Positions 18,355 through 33,495 of a DNA stretch of 64,000 bases are shown one piece after another. Position numbers and translations under genes: made by a program. The notes below the pieces were generated by a model, which saw only the letters and a list, made by a program, of their open reading frames with translations, ran no database searches and had not been told where the DNA came from. Position 1 is the stretch's first letter; each line of letters starts with the position of its first letter. Location: contig OZ024742.1 of assembly GCA_964016885.1 (NCBI GenBank), positions 183,396,001 to 183,460,000 on the forward strand, given 5' to 3'. This stretch comes from Eledone cirrhosa (Eukaryota).

Positions 18355-18355
<1 letters not shown>
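18235..18355 (+). mobile_element. LINE/SINE 3' end with (GAT)n tail, RTE-like
   Basis: GCAAGCAGGGAAAAGCGGACGTAAAA(TGA)n; the same motif recurs at about 27110-27137. Confidence 0.55.
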
Positions 18356-18424
<69 letters not shown>

Positions 18425-18547
18425 AGAGGTGAGTTTTATTGTAGCACAATAAAGCAATGCAAATATCGGATAAGTAGCACTCTACAGTTTGTAGGACTGG
18501 AGTATAAATAATATAAGATCGAAAGATGGTTAAAAGAGTTCCAAGTA

Positions 18548-18614
18548 TTTTATTATGCGCATTTCAAAAACAAATATCATCATGGGATGATATCTGCGTT
18601 TTCATCAGATAAAA
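18548..18614 (-). ncRNA. Hammerhead motif, family B (hairpin element 18420-18830; plus-strand copy 18735-18793 degenerate)
   Basis: Core and stems as at 4776-4842, with substitutions in stem II and its loop. Confidence 0.8.
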
Positions 18615-18821
18615 TAGGGATACATGATATGAAGCTTAAAAAACACTTGTGAATAGTGAAGTTTTAAATCAATATGTTGATTTAAAACTTCACTATTCAC
18701 AAGTGTTTTTTAAGCTTCATATCATGTATCCCTATTTTATCTGTGAAAACGCAAATATCATCCCATGATGATATTTGTTTTTGAAATGCGCATTGGAACT
18801 CTTTTAACCATCTTTCGATCT

Positions 18822-18882
<61 letters not shown>

Positions 18883-19197
18883 GATAACCCACCTTCTCTC
18901 TCTCCCTCTCTCTCTCTCTCCCTCTCTCTCTCTCTCTTTCTCTCTCTAACCTCATACATAGATTAGTTAAGTAAGTTTACATGTTCCAGTAATTCGCCAA
19001 TAAAATTCGATTATTCACATTGACACTCAAATACATATATACAAGGACACGCACTCAAACTGACAGGCACACACGCACATACATACATGTGCAGAAACAC
19101 CCCCACAAGAACACATCCAACCACGCGCATTCATACACACTCACCCACACACATATCTATCTAAATAAATATATATATGTATGTGTATATATACACA

Positions 19198-19297
<100 letters not shown>

Positions 19298-19346
19298 GAA
19301 TAAGTAAAAGCGAAGTAGTTTCAGATGTTCAAGTCCTTTAATAATG

Positions 19347-19418
19347 CTGTGATATATATTTCAATGACGATACTGGCCACACTGTTCTGTGTGCGAGTGT
19401 CGTGACATCATCAGACAG
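19347..19418 (-). ncRNA. Hammerhead motif, family G (element about 19298-19703 between TA tracts)
   Basis: Minus strand: CTGT CTGATGA [long stem II incl. ACGA/TCGT and CACAC/GTGTG] GAA ATATATAT C ACAG. Confidence 0.7.
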
Positions 19419-19701
19419 TTTGTTACATAATAAGGTTATGTTTCCGAGGCAATCCAAGTTGAATCGACATGGGAACGGACGAAGTGTGTGCTTTTGGGTT
19501 CTTCATCCGTTCCCCTGTGAGTACCAATTCACCCTCACCGGTCCGCGCATGTCCGAAGGAAGTTGACCATTAGCTACCGCAGATATCAACGAAATTCGCT
19601 TAGTCAGTTCACCCTCTCAGCCAAACGATGACCCATCTAGGCCTGTACCATAGTTTACTGCTACCCGTCCCGTCTGTGGCAGTCAGCCGAAAGCCTCTAT
19701 G

Positions 19702-19795
<94 letters not shown>

Positions 19796-20077
19796 GATAG
19801 AGACGAAGCGAGAGTATATTTGAATGCATATAAAAATGAGAAAACTCATCGCTAGAACAGCCGCCAAGACAGCCGAAATACAGTGATGGGCCCAAAATGC
19901 CCCAGAGGACAGTGACCAGCGGCGAGCGGCCAACAGAGAGACAATCCACACGATGGGTGACAGGCATACTAAATATAGAAAAGATAGAAAGAGGAGTAGG
20001 ACAAGATGATGTGTGTTACCACATAAAAATGACTGGAAGAAGGAAATAACAGAAAGACAATGTACAAGACAAAGTTT

Positions 20078-20213
<136 letters not shown>

Positions 20214-20304
20214 TCACCCTCATAAATCTTTCTGCTGGTATGATATGTGAGCGATACAAGAAACAGGACAGATACAAGGATGAAAGAAAACAAATAAAAT
20301 AAAA

Positions 20305-20485
20305 TAATTGTTTCTACTTTTGGCACAAGGCCATCAATTACCCAGTACATTACTGGTACTTTATTTTATCGACCCCGTAAGGATGAAAGGCAAAGTTATC
20401 CTCGGCGGGATTTGAACTCAGACCGCAAAGGGACGTAACTATGCTGGAAAGCATGGCGTCTGACTCTCTACCGATACTGCCAATA
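20305..20485 (-). mobile_element. tRNA-derived SINE, near full length
   Basis: Reverse complement of the family at 23425-23610. Confidence 0.85.
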
Positions 20486-20591
20486 ATGCAATAGTGGACC
20501 TCAAGCTGTAGTGCCTGTCCTAAATTGAAAGCTAATCAGTTGTCTCTGATCGAAATGAAGCGAGAGCGTATTTGAATACAGATAAAAATGA

Positions 20592-20685
20592 GAAAACTCA
20601 CCGCGAGAACAGTCTCAAAACTCACCGCGAGAACAGTCTCAAAACTCACCGCGAGAACAGTCTCAAAACTCACTGCGAGAACAAC
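20592..20685. repeat. 24-bp tandem repeat (AAAACTCACCGCGAGAACAGTCTC), about 3.8 units, inside a repeat related to 19800-20290 that has an inverted piece at 20750-20900
   Basis: Seen directly. Confidence 0.85.
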
Positions 20686-20899
20686 AATTCTCCCAAAATG
20701 CCCCAGAGAACAGTGACCAGCTGCCAGCGGCCAACGGAGAGACGATCTTTCTTTTCTTTCGTCCTTCTATCTGTGTCGTTTGTTTTCTCGCACACACATC
20801 ATACCAGTAGAAAGATTTATTTGGGCCCATTGCTGTTTTTGACAGCATTTTGGGTGTTTTGGGTGTTCTAGCGTTGAGTTTTCTCATCTTTATATGCAT

Positions 20900-20995
<96 letters not shown>

Positions 20996-20998
<3 letters not shown>

Positions 20999-21188
20999 AA
21001 CCAGTAAGACCCCGACAGCTGAGCTCAAGCCGTTTCGACGGCTAGTTCTGGACTGAATTAGCCGTCGAAACGGCCTGAGCTCAGCTGTCGGGGTCTTACT
21101 GGTTCCTATTACCCACTCTACTACCTCAAGTATTGAGTACTTTGGTGCGTTATGGTCCACCTGGTTCCTTACCACATTTCCTTCGTTA
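20996..21188 (+). mobile_element. F3 hairpin element
   Basis: Inverted arms around CTGGACTG, flanked by (TA)n. Confidence 0.85.
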
Positions 21189-21206
21189 TATATATATATA
21201 TATATA

Positions 21207-21317
<111 letters not shown>

Positions 21318-21330
21318 ATTCCTCTATATC

Positions 21331-21385
<55 letters not shown>

Positions 21386-21474
21386 ATATAAAAGGTAAAC
21401 AGAAATAACAACACAATCTGTACAGTATATGGAAGGGATATATTATGTTAACACTTGATATAGCAGGAAGTGGG

Positions 21475-21510
21475 TCTTAACGTTTCGGACGCTAGTTCTT
21501 CATCAGAAGA
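21475..21510 (-). ncRNA. Minimal hammerhead motif, family E (element about 21388-21585)
   Basis: Minus strand: TCTT CTGATGA A GAAC-TAGC-GTCC GAA ACGT T AAGA. Stem II has one mismatch. Confidence 0.6.
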
Positions 21511-21584
21511 AAGAATGAAAAATAAGATAGATTGAGGGGACGGGCAGGTTTGAATTGGAAAAAATGTCTTTAGATAAAAATAGC

Positions 21585-22066
21585 CAGCCCTTACCTATGG
21601 TCATGAATCTTGTTTAATGACAGAAATAATACGATTGCGAATACAAGCGGCCGAAATGGAGTTTCTCCGAAGCGTCTCTGGAGTAACGTTACTCGACAGA
21701 GTTCTTAGCTCGGAGATCAGAGAGTCACTCCAGGTAGAGCCGCTACTTCTCCGAATTGAGAGATCACAGCTCTGATATTACGGGCGTGTGGCTAGAATGC
21801 CTCAGGAAAGAATCGCTGGACAGATTTTACGAGCCAAATCAAGCTACAGGGCACCCAAAGGTAGACCCCGAGCAAAATGGTTGGATAATGTCCATTAGCT
21901 TGGTTGATCACGCTTGTGTGTCCAGCCAGATCAGTTGGAGACGGTTGCTTTTGACAGGACCTGCTGGAAGGTGTGTTTAAGGACTCTTCCCCCGCGGCAC
22001 TCTCTGGAATAAGTGGGCGTAGAAGAAGAAGAAGAAGAAGAAGAAGAAAAAGAAGAAGAAGAAGAA
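21585..22066 (+). mobile_element. RTE-clade LINE 3' end with (GAA)n tail
   Basis: LTYGHES..RIQAAEMEFLR..VTLLDRV..EIRESLQVEPLLLRIERSQL..GRVARMPQER..KGRPRAKWLD, with stops and frameshifts. Confidence 0.88.
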
Positions 22067-22302
22067 CCAAGGTTTTTTAAAACCATATCCATCCATTTAA
22101 TATCTACAATCGTTTCTATACAGGTGACAACCTTCCATGTATATGTCTACTGTGGATTTAATCAGTTATAATTAATTAATTAACGATTATTCACAGAATA
22201 TACAAACCACCTACACTGAGCTTGTCACACCTTTCCAAAATTAATAGTAGCATATTCCATTATAATCAATTACACATACACACACGTATAACATATATAT
22301 AT

Positions 22303-22418
<116 letters not shown>

Positions 22419-22422
22419 GATG

Positions 22423-22517
22423 AGATTCTACAGGACTAGAACTGTTTCATTCTTTAGAAATCATCAGGAATCCTGATGATTTCTAAAGAATGAAACAGTT
22501 CTAGTCCTGTAGAATCT
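22423..22517. ncRNA. Family A hammerhead pair, fused head-to-head (element 22417-22600)
   Basis: Minus-strand copy 22423-22472 is intact. The plus-strand copy (core from 22473) has a shortened stem I at the apex CAGGAATCCTG. Confidence 0.8.
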
Positions 22518-22665
22518 CATCTATATTAAAACTTTTATACTCTGCTATGTATTGAGTACCTTACTTACTGTGGTTACCTCCGATTCAACCCGGAATAACG
22601 TATATATATATATATATATATAGATATATATAGATATATATATATATATAGAGAGAGAGAGATAA

Positions 22666-22696
<31 letters not shown>

Positions 22697-23181
22697 TATT
22701 TCTTTATTAGCCACAGGGGCACAAAAGAAGGGGACAAATACAAAGGGGGAAGTTTACATACAATAAAAACGTGTAAAATGTTATCACAGATGGAATTTAA
22801 AAGTTAGTCGATTTTCCCCAATAGAGGGAGACAGTTTATATGGGTAACACATACCCCCGAAAAAAAATGTGCAACCCTCATCTCCAGGAGTACGAAGAGT
22901 TTGTACTCCTTTCCTCTCCTCCTCCTTTTCCTCAACCTACAGGCTGATATAGAGAGAAGGCCCATTCACTCGGGCCATTCTCGCCACTTTCACCCACCTT
23001 TCATAAAACTTGCTGGGGTACAGCACCTCTCTCTCCATCCTGATTCTTCTTCCAAAGTGGTATTTGAAAAAAAGAATCAGTTGTTGGCCGGAGAGAAAGG
23101 TGTCTGACCTCAGCCCTTTCAACCTTGTCCACCATACAACCTCTTTCGCCATAGCTATCACACAAAGGAAAACCGCCTCTC
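22697..23181 (-). mobile_element. Tx1/L1-like LINE 3' fragment within (GATA)n
   Basis: Almost identical to 52682-53168. Peptide IAMAKEVVWWTR..RIRMERE..FYERW resembles Tx1/L1 ORF2 C-termini. Confidence 0.65.
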
Positions 23182-23187
23182 AGACAA

Positions 23188-23222
<35 letters not shown>

Positions 23223-23424
23223 TAGTGGATTCTGTTTGTTGTAGCATTCTTAGTAGTCCGCAAAAGAGAAAGAACTCAATGTTTTCTATTTTCTCACAAC
23301 ATAACCACGATGTTTCAGCAAAGTGGTTGTTCACTAAGTCTGTGGCTAACTGGGCTATAGCCTGCTCCTTTCCCTACAATATTTGAAGGGTCTCAAATCA
23401 TCTTTTGCTGCTACCACACATTGA

Positions 23425-23610
23425 GGATTGGCAGTATCGGTAGAGGGCCGGACGACATGCTTTGACGCATGGAGTTACTGCCCTTGCCCATTCTGAGTTC
23501 AAATCCTGCCGAGGTTAACTTTGCCTTTCATCCTTACGGGTCGATAAAATAAAGTACCAGTAATGTACTGAGCATTTGCTGGCCTTGTGCCGAAAGTAAA
23601 AACAATTATA
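23425..23610 (+). mobile_element. tRNA-derived SINE, near full length
   Basis: A and B boxes, central GCCTTTCATCCTTACGGGTCGATAAAATAAAGTACC (recalls Meta/Sauria-type SINE domains, from memory), and tail. Confidence 0.85.
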
Positions 23611-23782
23611 CAAATTATGAAAATAGATTTAATTCAAAGTCCACGATGAAATTTTCAGTCAGAGAACTCATGAAATGAGATTCTCTCTTTGCACAAATAT
23701 CTTATTCATGTCGTAAAAATAATGAATAAATCAACTTTTTACTTTATTAGAAATTTGGAGTTCTTACTGGACCAAAAGGTAA

Positions 23783-23825
<43 letters not shown>

Positions 23826-23850
23826 ATATATATATAAATGTAGGTATGCG

Positions 23851-23892
<42 letters not shown>

Positions 23893-23944
23893 GTAAGTAT
23901 GCACTATATACATATACATATATATATATATAAATGTAAGTATG

Positions 23945-24041
<97 letters not shown>

Positions 24042-24119
24042 TATATATATTTATTTATATATTTATTTATTTATTTATTTATTAGCTTTTCGTCGAAATA
24101 GAACTCCACTTTTCTCATA

Positions 24120-24332
24120 AAGTAAAAGATGGTGTAGGACAGAACGAAGGACAGACACAAAATAAAAATCTAGTCACTGAAGAAGTCATAGAAAGTGTGA
24201 CGAAAGTGCTTTGATTATATAAACAACCACCCGGTTATCGAACCAACCAACCAAAAATTAATAAAAAATTGAATTGAAAAACTGCAGGTGCGTGTGTTTT
24301 TATTGGCAGCATCACCCTCCAAAGTATAACTA
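24120..24332 (+). mobile_element. Solo PLE pseudo-LTR containing a hammerhead (24171-24217)
   Basis: Homologous to 59735-59985: TAGTCA CTGAAGA A GTCA..TGAC GAA AGTGCT T TGATTA. Ends at CCAAAGTATAAC(TA)n. Confidence 0.8.
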
Positions 24333-24459
24333 TATATATACATACATACATATATACACCCACACACATATATATATATAATAAGGAGTTGACGGACCCA
24401 GCATATTTATCAATGTCAAGACCGGGTGTATATATATATATATATGATATATATATATA

Positions 24460-24498
<39 letters not shown>

Positions 24499-24591
24499 AT
24501 ATATATATGATATATATATATATATATATATATGATATATATATATATATGATATATATATATATATATATATATGATATATATATATATA

Positions 24592-24650
<59 letters not shown>

Positions 24651-24663
24651 ATACATATACGTT

Positions 24664-24837
<174 letters not shown>

Positions 24838-24893
24838 AACGTATATGTATATCATTAAAAAATCATATCAAATTTGATATTTACTTCATGCAG

Positions 24894-24950
<57 letters not shown>

Positions 24951-24954
24951 TGTT

Positions 24955-25014
<60 letters not shown>

Positions 25015-25018
25015 TGTT

Positions 25019-25056
<38 letters not shown>

Positions 25057-25108
25057 GAAAAATTTGAACAGGGACAGAACAGAGAGGCAGTACAATAAAT
25101 GTTTATTA

Positions 25109-25139
<31 letters not shown>

Positions 25140-25252
25140 TATGAATGTGTATATATATATATATATATATAAATATATATACATATATACATATCAGAAT
25201 GGAGGCAGTAAAAACCAGTTAGACCATTACTCACCAGAGTAATGGTCTAACT

Positions 25253-25442
25253 CAGGCATGTTAAACATGTGGCCCTTTACAAGCAAACCTGCGGCCCGCA
25301 CAAAGGGTTTTACAACGCGAGCATGTTTTATCTTCGTAATATAAAATTTAAAAAATTAGTTGTAATGTGTGCCATTAGTTGTCGTCTGGGGCTCTCAGAC
25401 AACATATATGACACATATGGAACCCTTAGTTTGACATGTCTG
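25253..25442. mobile_element. hAT-family MITE, 190 bp
   Basis: TIRs CAGGCATGTTAAAC / GTTTGACATGTCTG; perfect 8-bp TSD GTCTAACT at 25245-25252 and 25443-25450. Confidence 0.9.
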
Positions 25443-25704
25443 GTCTAACTAGTAGAAGAGTGGGAAATATGAAAAATTCAGGACCCCGTTCGTATATAGC
25501 TGTTGAAACGGCAGGAGCTCAGCAGTCGGGGACCCAAATTTGTCATCTATACACACACAAACGCACACACACACACACGCACACACACACACACACATAT
25601 ATATTCATATATATATATATATATATCTTTTTTTTTTCGTCAAATCGAACCGAGGAAACAATGTTTCGGTTGGTCTTTCCAATTGTTAATACTATCTTTC
25701 GAAC

Positions 25705-25826
25705 TCCAGGTAAAAGGAGCAACGTGAAATAAAGTGTCTTGCTCAAGGACATAACGCATCGCCTGGTCCAGGAATCGAACTGACAACCTCACGATTGCGG
25801 ATCCAGTTCTCTAACCAATCAACCAC
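25705..25826 (-). mobile_element. tRNA-headed CORE-type SINE fragment
   Basis: Minus strand: TGGTTAGAG..AGTTCGATTCC..TGTCCTTGAGCAAGACACTTTA. Confidence 0.7.
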
Positions 25827-25885
25827 ACACACACACACACTCACACATATATATAATCATATATATATATATATATATATAATCA

Positions 25886-25919
<34 letters not shown>

Positions 25920-25980
25920 CACACACACACATATATATATACACACACACACACATATATATATATATACACACACACAC

Positions 25981-26029
<49 letters not shown>

Positions 26030-26040
26030 CACACACACAC

Positions 26041-26238
<198 letters not shown>

Positions 26239-26265
26239 GAAGTGTCTCGGTGCGGAAAGTATGTC

Positions 26266-26334
<69 letters not shown>

Positions 26335-26708
26335 TTTTTCTTCGCCGACTTATACCTGAGAGGTTCGTGCGGGAGAAATCATCAAACATTCTTTCCGGCG
26401 GGGCCTCTCAGAGACAACCGGCCCCTACTGCTCCGGGTGGATATATAAATCTATATTATATATAGATTTATATGTTTCCGTGATTATACACTAAACACTT
26501 ACATTAACACTGTTTGTACTAAACCTCTTGATCACGCTCCTTGTTCTATGATGCAAAACTGTGTATTTTAAGATTTAAGACTTGTTAAAAGAACTTAGGT
26601 AATGATTTCATATAAGAACATTTGTTGAGTTATGTTCCAGTCTTCAGCTTAATAATGAGATATGGCAAAATGATTTGAAAATCGTAGGTGTCGATGAATG
26701 TGCGTATA

Positions 26709-26742
<34 letters not shown>

Positions 26743-26767
26743 GATATATATATATATATATATATGT

Positions 26768-26927
26768 AACGAAGGAAATGTGGTAAGGAACCAGGTGGAC
26801 CATAACGCACCAAAGTACTCAATACTTAGGGTAGTAGAGCGGGTAATAGGAACGAGTAGGACCCCGACGGCTGAGCTCAAGCCGTTTCGACGGCTTGAGC
26901 TCAGCCGTCGGGGTCCTACTCGTTCCT
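26768..26927 (-). mobile_element. F3 hairpin element
   Basis: Same family; apex at GCCGTTTCGACGGC. Confidence 0.85.
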
Positions 26928-27394
26928 ATATATATATGCATGTATATGTATGTGTGTGCGTGTGTAGAATAAGGTAAACAAAACAAAAGTCAGAGATAGG
27001 TAGTTAATTAGTTCATTGTTTTACGATCGTTTGAAAGGGAAGATCGATGTAAACACTCTATATATGTATTTGTATGTATGTATTTGTATGCTGTGTTGAA
27101 GAGGACCCTAGCAAGCAGGGAAAAGCGGACGTAAAAAATACAAAAAAAATACACACATACATATTACATATACATAAATACGTGTGTATGTCTACCAGTA
27201 GCGCGAAGGCAAATGAAAGATATAGAATGCAAATGACATATCTGAATTTAATATAAATCTTTAATACAATATAAAACACAACTGGAAAGAAAGTATATAC
27301 ATATCATATATGCCTTACAATTATAAGGTTGGAATTTTAAAATTACATCATCTTGTATAGGCACTAGGATTCGATAACGAAAGTGTGTGTGTGT

Positions 27395-28314
<920 letters not shown>

Positions 28315-28447
28315 ATTCTTTCCATTTCAGTCAATGGTAACATTGAGGACCGAATAAATTAAATTAACCGATATAAAAGACAGAGAAGCGAAAACCAACC
28401 AAACAGTGAGTGTGTTCTGTTATTAATTCTGGCAATATTACACAAAT

Positions 28448-31400
28448 ATGACCCTCCCCAAGTATAACAATATTTGTTTCGACACACGATTTCATATCAA
28501 AAACCTCGCAAAACTAATTCATCGCCGTTATGGCATTAGCTTGTGCCAAGCTGAAAGGTTATTGAAAGACACTATTTTCTGTTATATAGAAACTACAATA
28601 ACAACAGAACAAATCCGCTTCTTAAAACACTGTGTTTCCTCCAAAATATACACAACAAAGATATCAAAACAAGTAAATAATTTATTATTGAACAAAACAC
28701 AAGCTGAACGACTAAAACACACAATAACAGTTAATATGAAAAGAACAACATACACAAAAGTCAACGAACTTTACAGACAGAAACGCATTAACGGTAAGGA
28801 TGTCCGAAATCTCACCACACCAAACGAGAGGGATAACTTCATGAGCGTCATCCGACGTGAAACGAAATACGCCCGAAACGAATGCAATAGGCATTTCAAT
28901 AAGAAATTAGAATGGATGAATAAGAAAAAAACTAGAAGAAAGAAAAATAGAATATTCACAAAAATACCCAGATAACATCAACAATATCCGTATGACTGAT
29001 GTAGAACTACCGGAAGAATTTATCAATGACCACACAGTAAATATTTATGGGAACACTTTAATCAGTGAACAAGAACAACAAATTCTGCAGCTACCACCAA
29101 AATTTGCCATCTACAAAAAGATTAACCTTATCGAGTGCAAAACGGAGCTGGAAAAGTGTTTCACAAAAATACGTTGGAATGCAACAACAACAACAACAAC
29201 AACTATACGGACAACAACAACAATAATAACGATAGTAGTAATATAAACAATAACTCTAAGTATAGAAATAACAGCTATAATAGTAATAGTCATAACAATA
29301 ACAATAGCAGGAGAGTGAGAAATAGTAATAATGGTAATAATACTAACGATAGACAGAACAACAACAACCACAATAATAATAATAGAAACATTAACGACAG
29401 ACACAGCAGCAGCGACCACAGTAGTAATAACGGTAATAATACGAGTAACAACAACAACAACCACAGTGGTAGTAATAGAAATAATACATGTAGCAACGTT
29501 AATGATAGACACAACAACAACAACAACAAAAACAAGAAACATAATAAAAGTAACAAACACAATGGTAGAAATAACAGTAACAACAACAATAACGGTGGAG
29601 AAAACAACACAATACATCTAACGATCACAGCAACAATACATCTAGCAATCATAACAATAATAATAATGTTAATGATAGGAACAACAACAACCACCATAAT
29701 AACAATAATAGCAACACACACAACTATGACGATAGATATAATGACAACCCCTTAGAGAAACTATTCTTCAATCCAGCTGACAAAACATATAAGATGGGTA
29801 ATATCTATCCTACGAGGGTACCTTTTAATAAAAGGGTTTGTATACCACAACAAATAGATGACGAGACAGAGGCACAGTTCACCATAGCTAGAAATAAGAT
29901 TAGACAAATAGTAGGCCGGTATACTAAGAGACAAAGCAGACCAGAGGTCGAACAACTTGGGAGGAAACCTGTAGAAGGTTTGGTTAGCCTCAAGCAGCGC
30001 ACAAGGGATGGTGAGGTAGTATGTCTACCCATGGATAATTCTGGTAGGATGTCAATAGACAGCATGCCGAACTACATCAAGGCTATGCAACCCCACATCA
30101 CCAACACGAGCGAAATTGAACAGCAAATACATGATGGGAGAGAGAAAATCCTCGACGCTCACATGATGATGTGGACCGACATCCTAAAGCCAAACAGACG
30201 CACTGCCAACAACTTCCAGGTGTCTAACAATGTCATACCACCCTTGTATGGGATCCGTAAAGACCATAAGACAGTCGACGACCCGACAATAGGACCACCA
30301 ACAAGACCTGTATGAGGAGCAAATATAGCTAGCAACTACAGGATCTCCTACTTCCTCTCAATGGTTATACGCCCCATAATCAAGATGTCCCCAGATGTAT
30401 GTGACAGTACAGAGGACCTCCTCAGCAGAATCAGTGAGTGCAACAAAAACCTATCCAACTGCATAATAGGCAGTATGGATGTGGTATCACTGTACCCATC
30501 CATTAACATTGATTTTGCTGTGGAAAAATGTGTGGAGATTATCATTGAGAGTGAGGTGGAGTTCTGCGACGTCGATACAGACGAACTGGGCCTCCTACTT
30601 AGACTTACTTATGACACTAACTACCTAGACAGCCATGACCTTAGACGTTTCTGCCACAGTAGAACCCCCACCATAACCTCAATGGCAAAAAAGACTCCCA
30701 TGGGAAGGTGGATTGGGTAGACCAAAGCTATACGGACCCCCCAAAATAATGATCAGGTAAGAAAAATGGTCGCACATGGAATAGGGGCTAGTATCAAAAC
30801 TACCCTAAAGGGCCACATATTCAAGTTCAACGAGAAGATCTAGCAGCCATTGGCGTCAGCATAGCTGGTGACGTTGCCAACCTTTTTATGGTATGGTGGG
30901 AAAGGAGACTCAAAGATCTCCTTGATGAGAGCTCCATAGACCTCATCATGTACTCGTTACGTAGACGACATCAATATAGTAATAAGGACATCCCCACAAG
31001 AGAGTACTAACAAGTTTGATTTAGAACGTAGCACAATGGAAAGCATCCAGCAGATAGCTAATTCCATACACCAGAGTATAACTGTAACTATGGACTACCC
31101 TTCCAAACATCCTAACAATAGACTACCTGTATTAGACACGGAACTCTAGATTAACACTATAGACGAGAGAGTCCAAATTCTCCACTCACACTACGCTAAA
31201 CCCATGGCCTCCAAATACCTGATACTCAAAAACTCAGCAATGTCCAGTAGTGCTACGTTTAATATTCTGATCGCAGACTTGGTACGAGTGATGAAGAACG
31301 TGTCCCGCATGTGCGACCCAACAGAAATGGAAAGACACATCCAACACTTCATCAACCGCATGCAGTTCTCTGGCTACAACCAAAGAGACAGAATCAGAGT

Positions 31401-32114
31401 ATACGAAGGAGCCACGAAGAAGTATAAGACCCTCATAGAACTGGACATGAAAGGAATTTGCCCATTATACAGGAGCAAATCATGGGATAGCTTAGATAGG
31501 ACTAGACATAAGATAGGGAAAGCCACCTCATGGTACGACAACCAGAGATACCAGAGTGTCATGTTTGTGGACGCTACCCCTGGAGGGAAATTAGCTAACC
31601 AGTGTAGAAAGCTCTGAGAAAGACCCACTTAAAGATTAAGGTGGTAGAAAAGCCAGGAACCACCCTAAAATCCCTGATCAGCAAAACCTACCCTTTTAAG
31701 AAAACCCACTGTACTAATAGGAAATGTATCATATGTAAGGTAAACCCCCGGATAAACTGTAAAACTAGAAACGTAGTCTATAGCATAAGATGTACAGAGG
31801 GTACTTGCATAAACATGACAACAACATACATAGGCGAGACAGCTCGTAGCATAGGTGAAAGGATAGACCAACACTGGGGGGAACTAAAAGGACGAAAAAA
31901 CGGTTCAGTGCTATACGAACATGCCAGACAACAACACGACGGTAACATAGACAACATAGAAATTAGAATAATATCTAAACATAGAAATGACCCAGCAGAT
32001 AGGCAAATCAGAGAGGGCAGCGAAATAGAACTTAGAAGGCCAAGGCTAAACAGAAAAAATGAATGGAATAACAACAACACCCAAACAAACAATACTGACC
32101 TAAGAGAAGTATAA
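28448..32114 (+). pseudogene. Disrupted PLE polyprotein (N-terminal domain, Asn-rich tract, RT, GIY-YIG)
   Basis: LQLPPKF, PMDNSG, LYGIRKDHK..PPTRPV, GSMDVVSLYPSI, YVDD, LPVLD, YIGETAR; several stops and frameshifts. Confidence 0.92.
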
Positions 32115-32346
32115 ATAAATAAATAAATACATACACAAGCACAATAACAACAAACACATGTAAACACACACTAGTAAACTAAGATAGAATACAATAACCA
32201 ATACACAGTCACCCAAACACGAACACACATCAAACACTATACACACACGCAAACGCAGAGAAGACAAATAAATAAATAAATAAATAAATAAACAGACTAA
32301 ATAAAGATGGCGTAGGCATACAATACAACAGGAGGAAACATAATAG

Positions 32347-32390
32347 CACCACTGACGATGTTGAAGATGTGCAACGAAAGAACTTTGTTA
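32347..32390 (+). ncRNA. Hammerhead motif in PLE pseudo-LTR (family F; weak stem I)
   Basis: CA CTGACGA T GTTG-AAGATGTG-CAAC GAA AGAACT T TG. Positionally equivalent to 59789-59831. Confidence 0.6.
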
Positions 32391-32589
32391 GACTATATAT
32401 ATATATGTGTTTGTTTCTATATTATATCTGTATTTTTGACCGTTGGTCAGTCAATGGTAACATTGAGGACCAAATAAATTAAATTAACCGATATAAAAGA
32501 CACAGAAGCGAAAAACCAACCAAACAGTGAGTGTGTTCTGTTATTAATTCTGGCAATATTATTACACAAATATGACCCTCCCTAAGTAT

Positions 32590-32660
<71 letters not shown>

Positions 32661-32692
32661 TACATATATATGCATATTTATATATATGTATA

Positions 32693-32773
<81 letters not shown>

Positions 32774-32777
<4 letters not shown>

Positions 32778-32945
32778 CTTAGGGTAGTATAGTGGGTAAT
32801 AGGAAAAGAGTCAGAACCCCGACGGCTGAGCTCCGGTCGTTTCGACAGCTAGATCCGAACTAGACCAGTAGTGTGCGCTACTGGATTATTTCGGATCTAG
32901 CTGTCGAAACGACCGGACCTCAGCCGTCGGGGTTAGGACTCTTTT

Positions 32946-32950
<5 letters not shown>
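32774..32950 (-). mobile_element. Divergent F3 hairpin element with longer apex
   Basis: Inverted arms around GTGTGCG. Confidence 0.75.
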
Positions 32951-32980
<30 letters not shown>

Positions 32981-33425
32981 CCTCTACCTTTTTCCCTCTC
33001 ACTTTCACTCGCTCGACTGACCCTCTAGTAGTCCTTTTCTCACTTACAACTGCTGCGATCAGACGTGTGTCTTTTTCTCTCAAACACATTGTTTTGAACT
33101 TAAGTTCTCTCATCGTGTGGTCTTGGATTTTCTTACCTTAAGTTGTTCGCACATTGCTCGTCTTGTTGTTTCTTTTCGCTGTTTTTTCACTGTTTTCTCT
33201 TTCCTTCTCTTTTGCTTTCCTTCCCTCCCTCCTCCGTTTTCCCAATAACTTATCCAGTTATTGAGGCCTGGGCGGTAGATATATTGTCTTTAAAGCGTAG
33301 AAATATCCGAGACCCCCAGTAGACAACTGATGAGGAAAACTCCCCTCCCCCCGTTCTTGTTTTCTTCTTATTCCCACTCCATTTTAAGCTACCTTTAATA
33401 GCAACTACACAGCCATTTCTATTCT

Positions 33426-33495
<70 letters not shown>

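Larger units (their letters stand above)
28327..32597 (+). mobile_element. Near full-length Penelope-like element with direct terminal (pseudo-LTR) repeats, between TA arrays
   Basis: 28327-28472 is repeated at 32447-32597. ORF remnants from ATG 28448; HHR-like motif at 32347-32390. Confidence 0.93.

Noticed and set aside
26345-26392. Minus-strand TTGATGA..GAACCT-CTC-AGGT A hammerhead-like string
   Set aside because: Two core defects and poor stems I and II.
30313-30315. In-frame TGA at a probable Cys position (RPV*GA), raising selenocysteine recoding
   Set aside because: The same copy has TAG stops, frameshifts and deletions, and I see no SECIS. Ordinary decay is simpler unless the family consensus also has TGA.
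33322-33350. CTGATGA motifs here and at 57908 and 60961
   Set aside because: No compatible stem II/GAAA/stem III/stem I arrangement.
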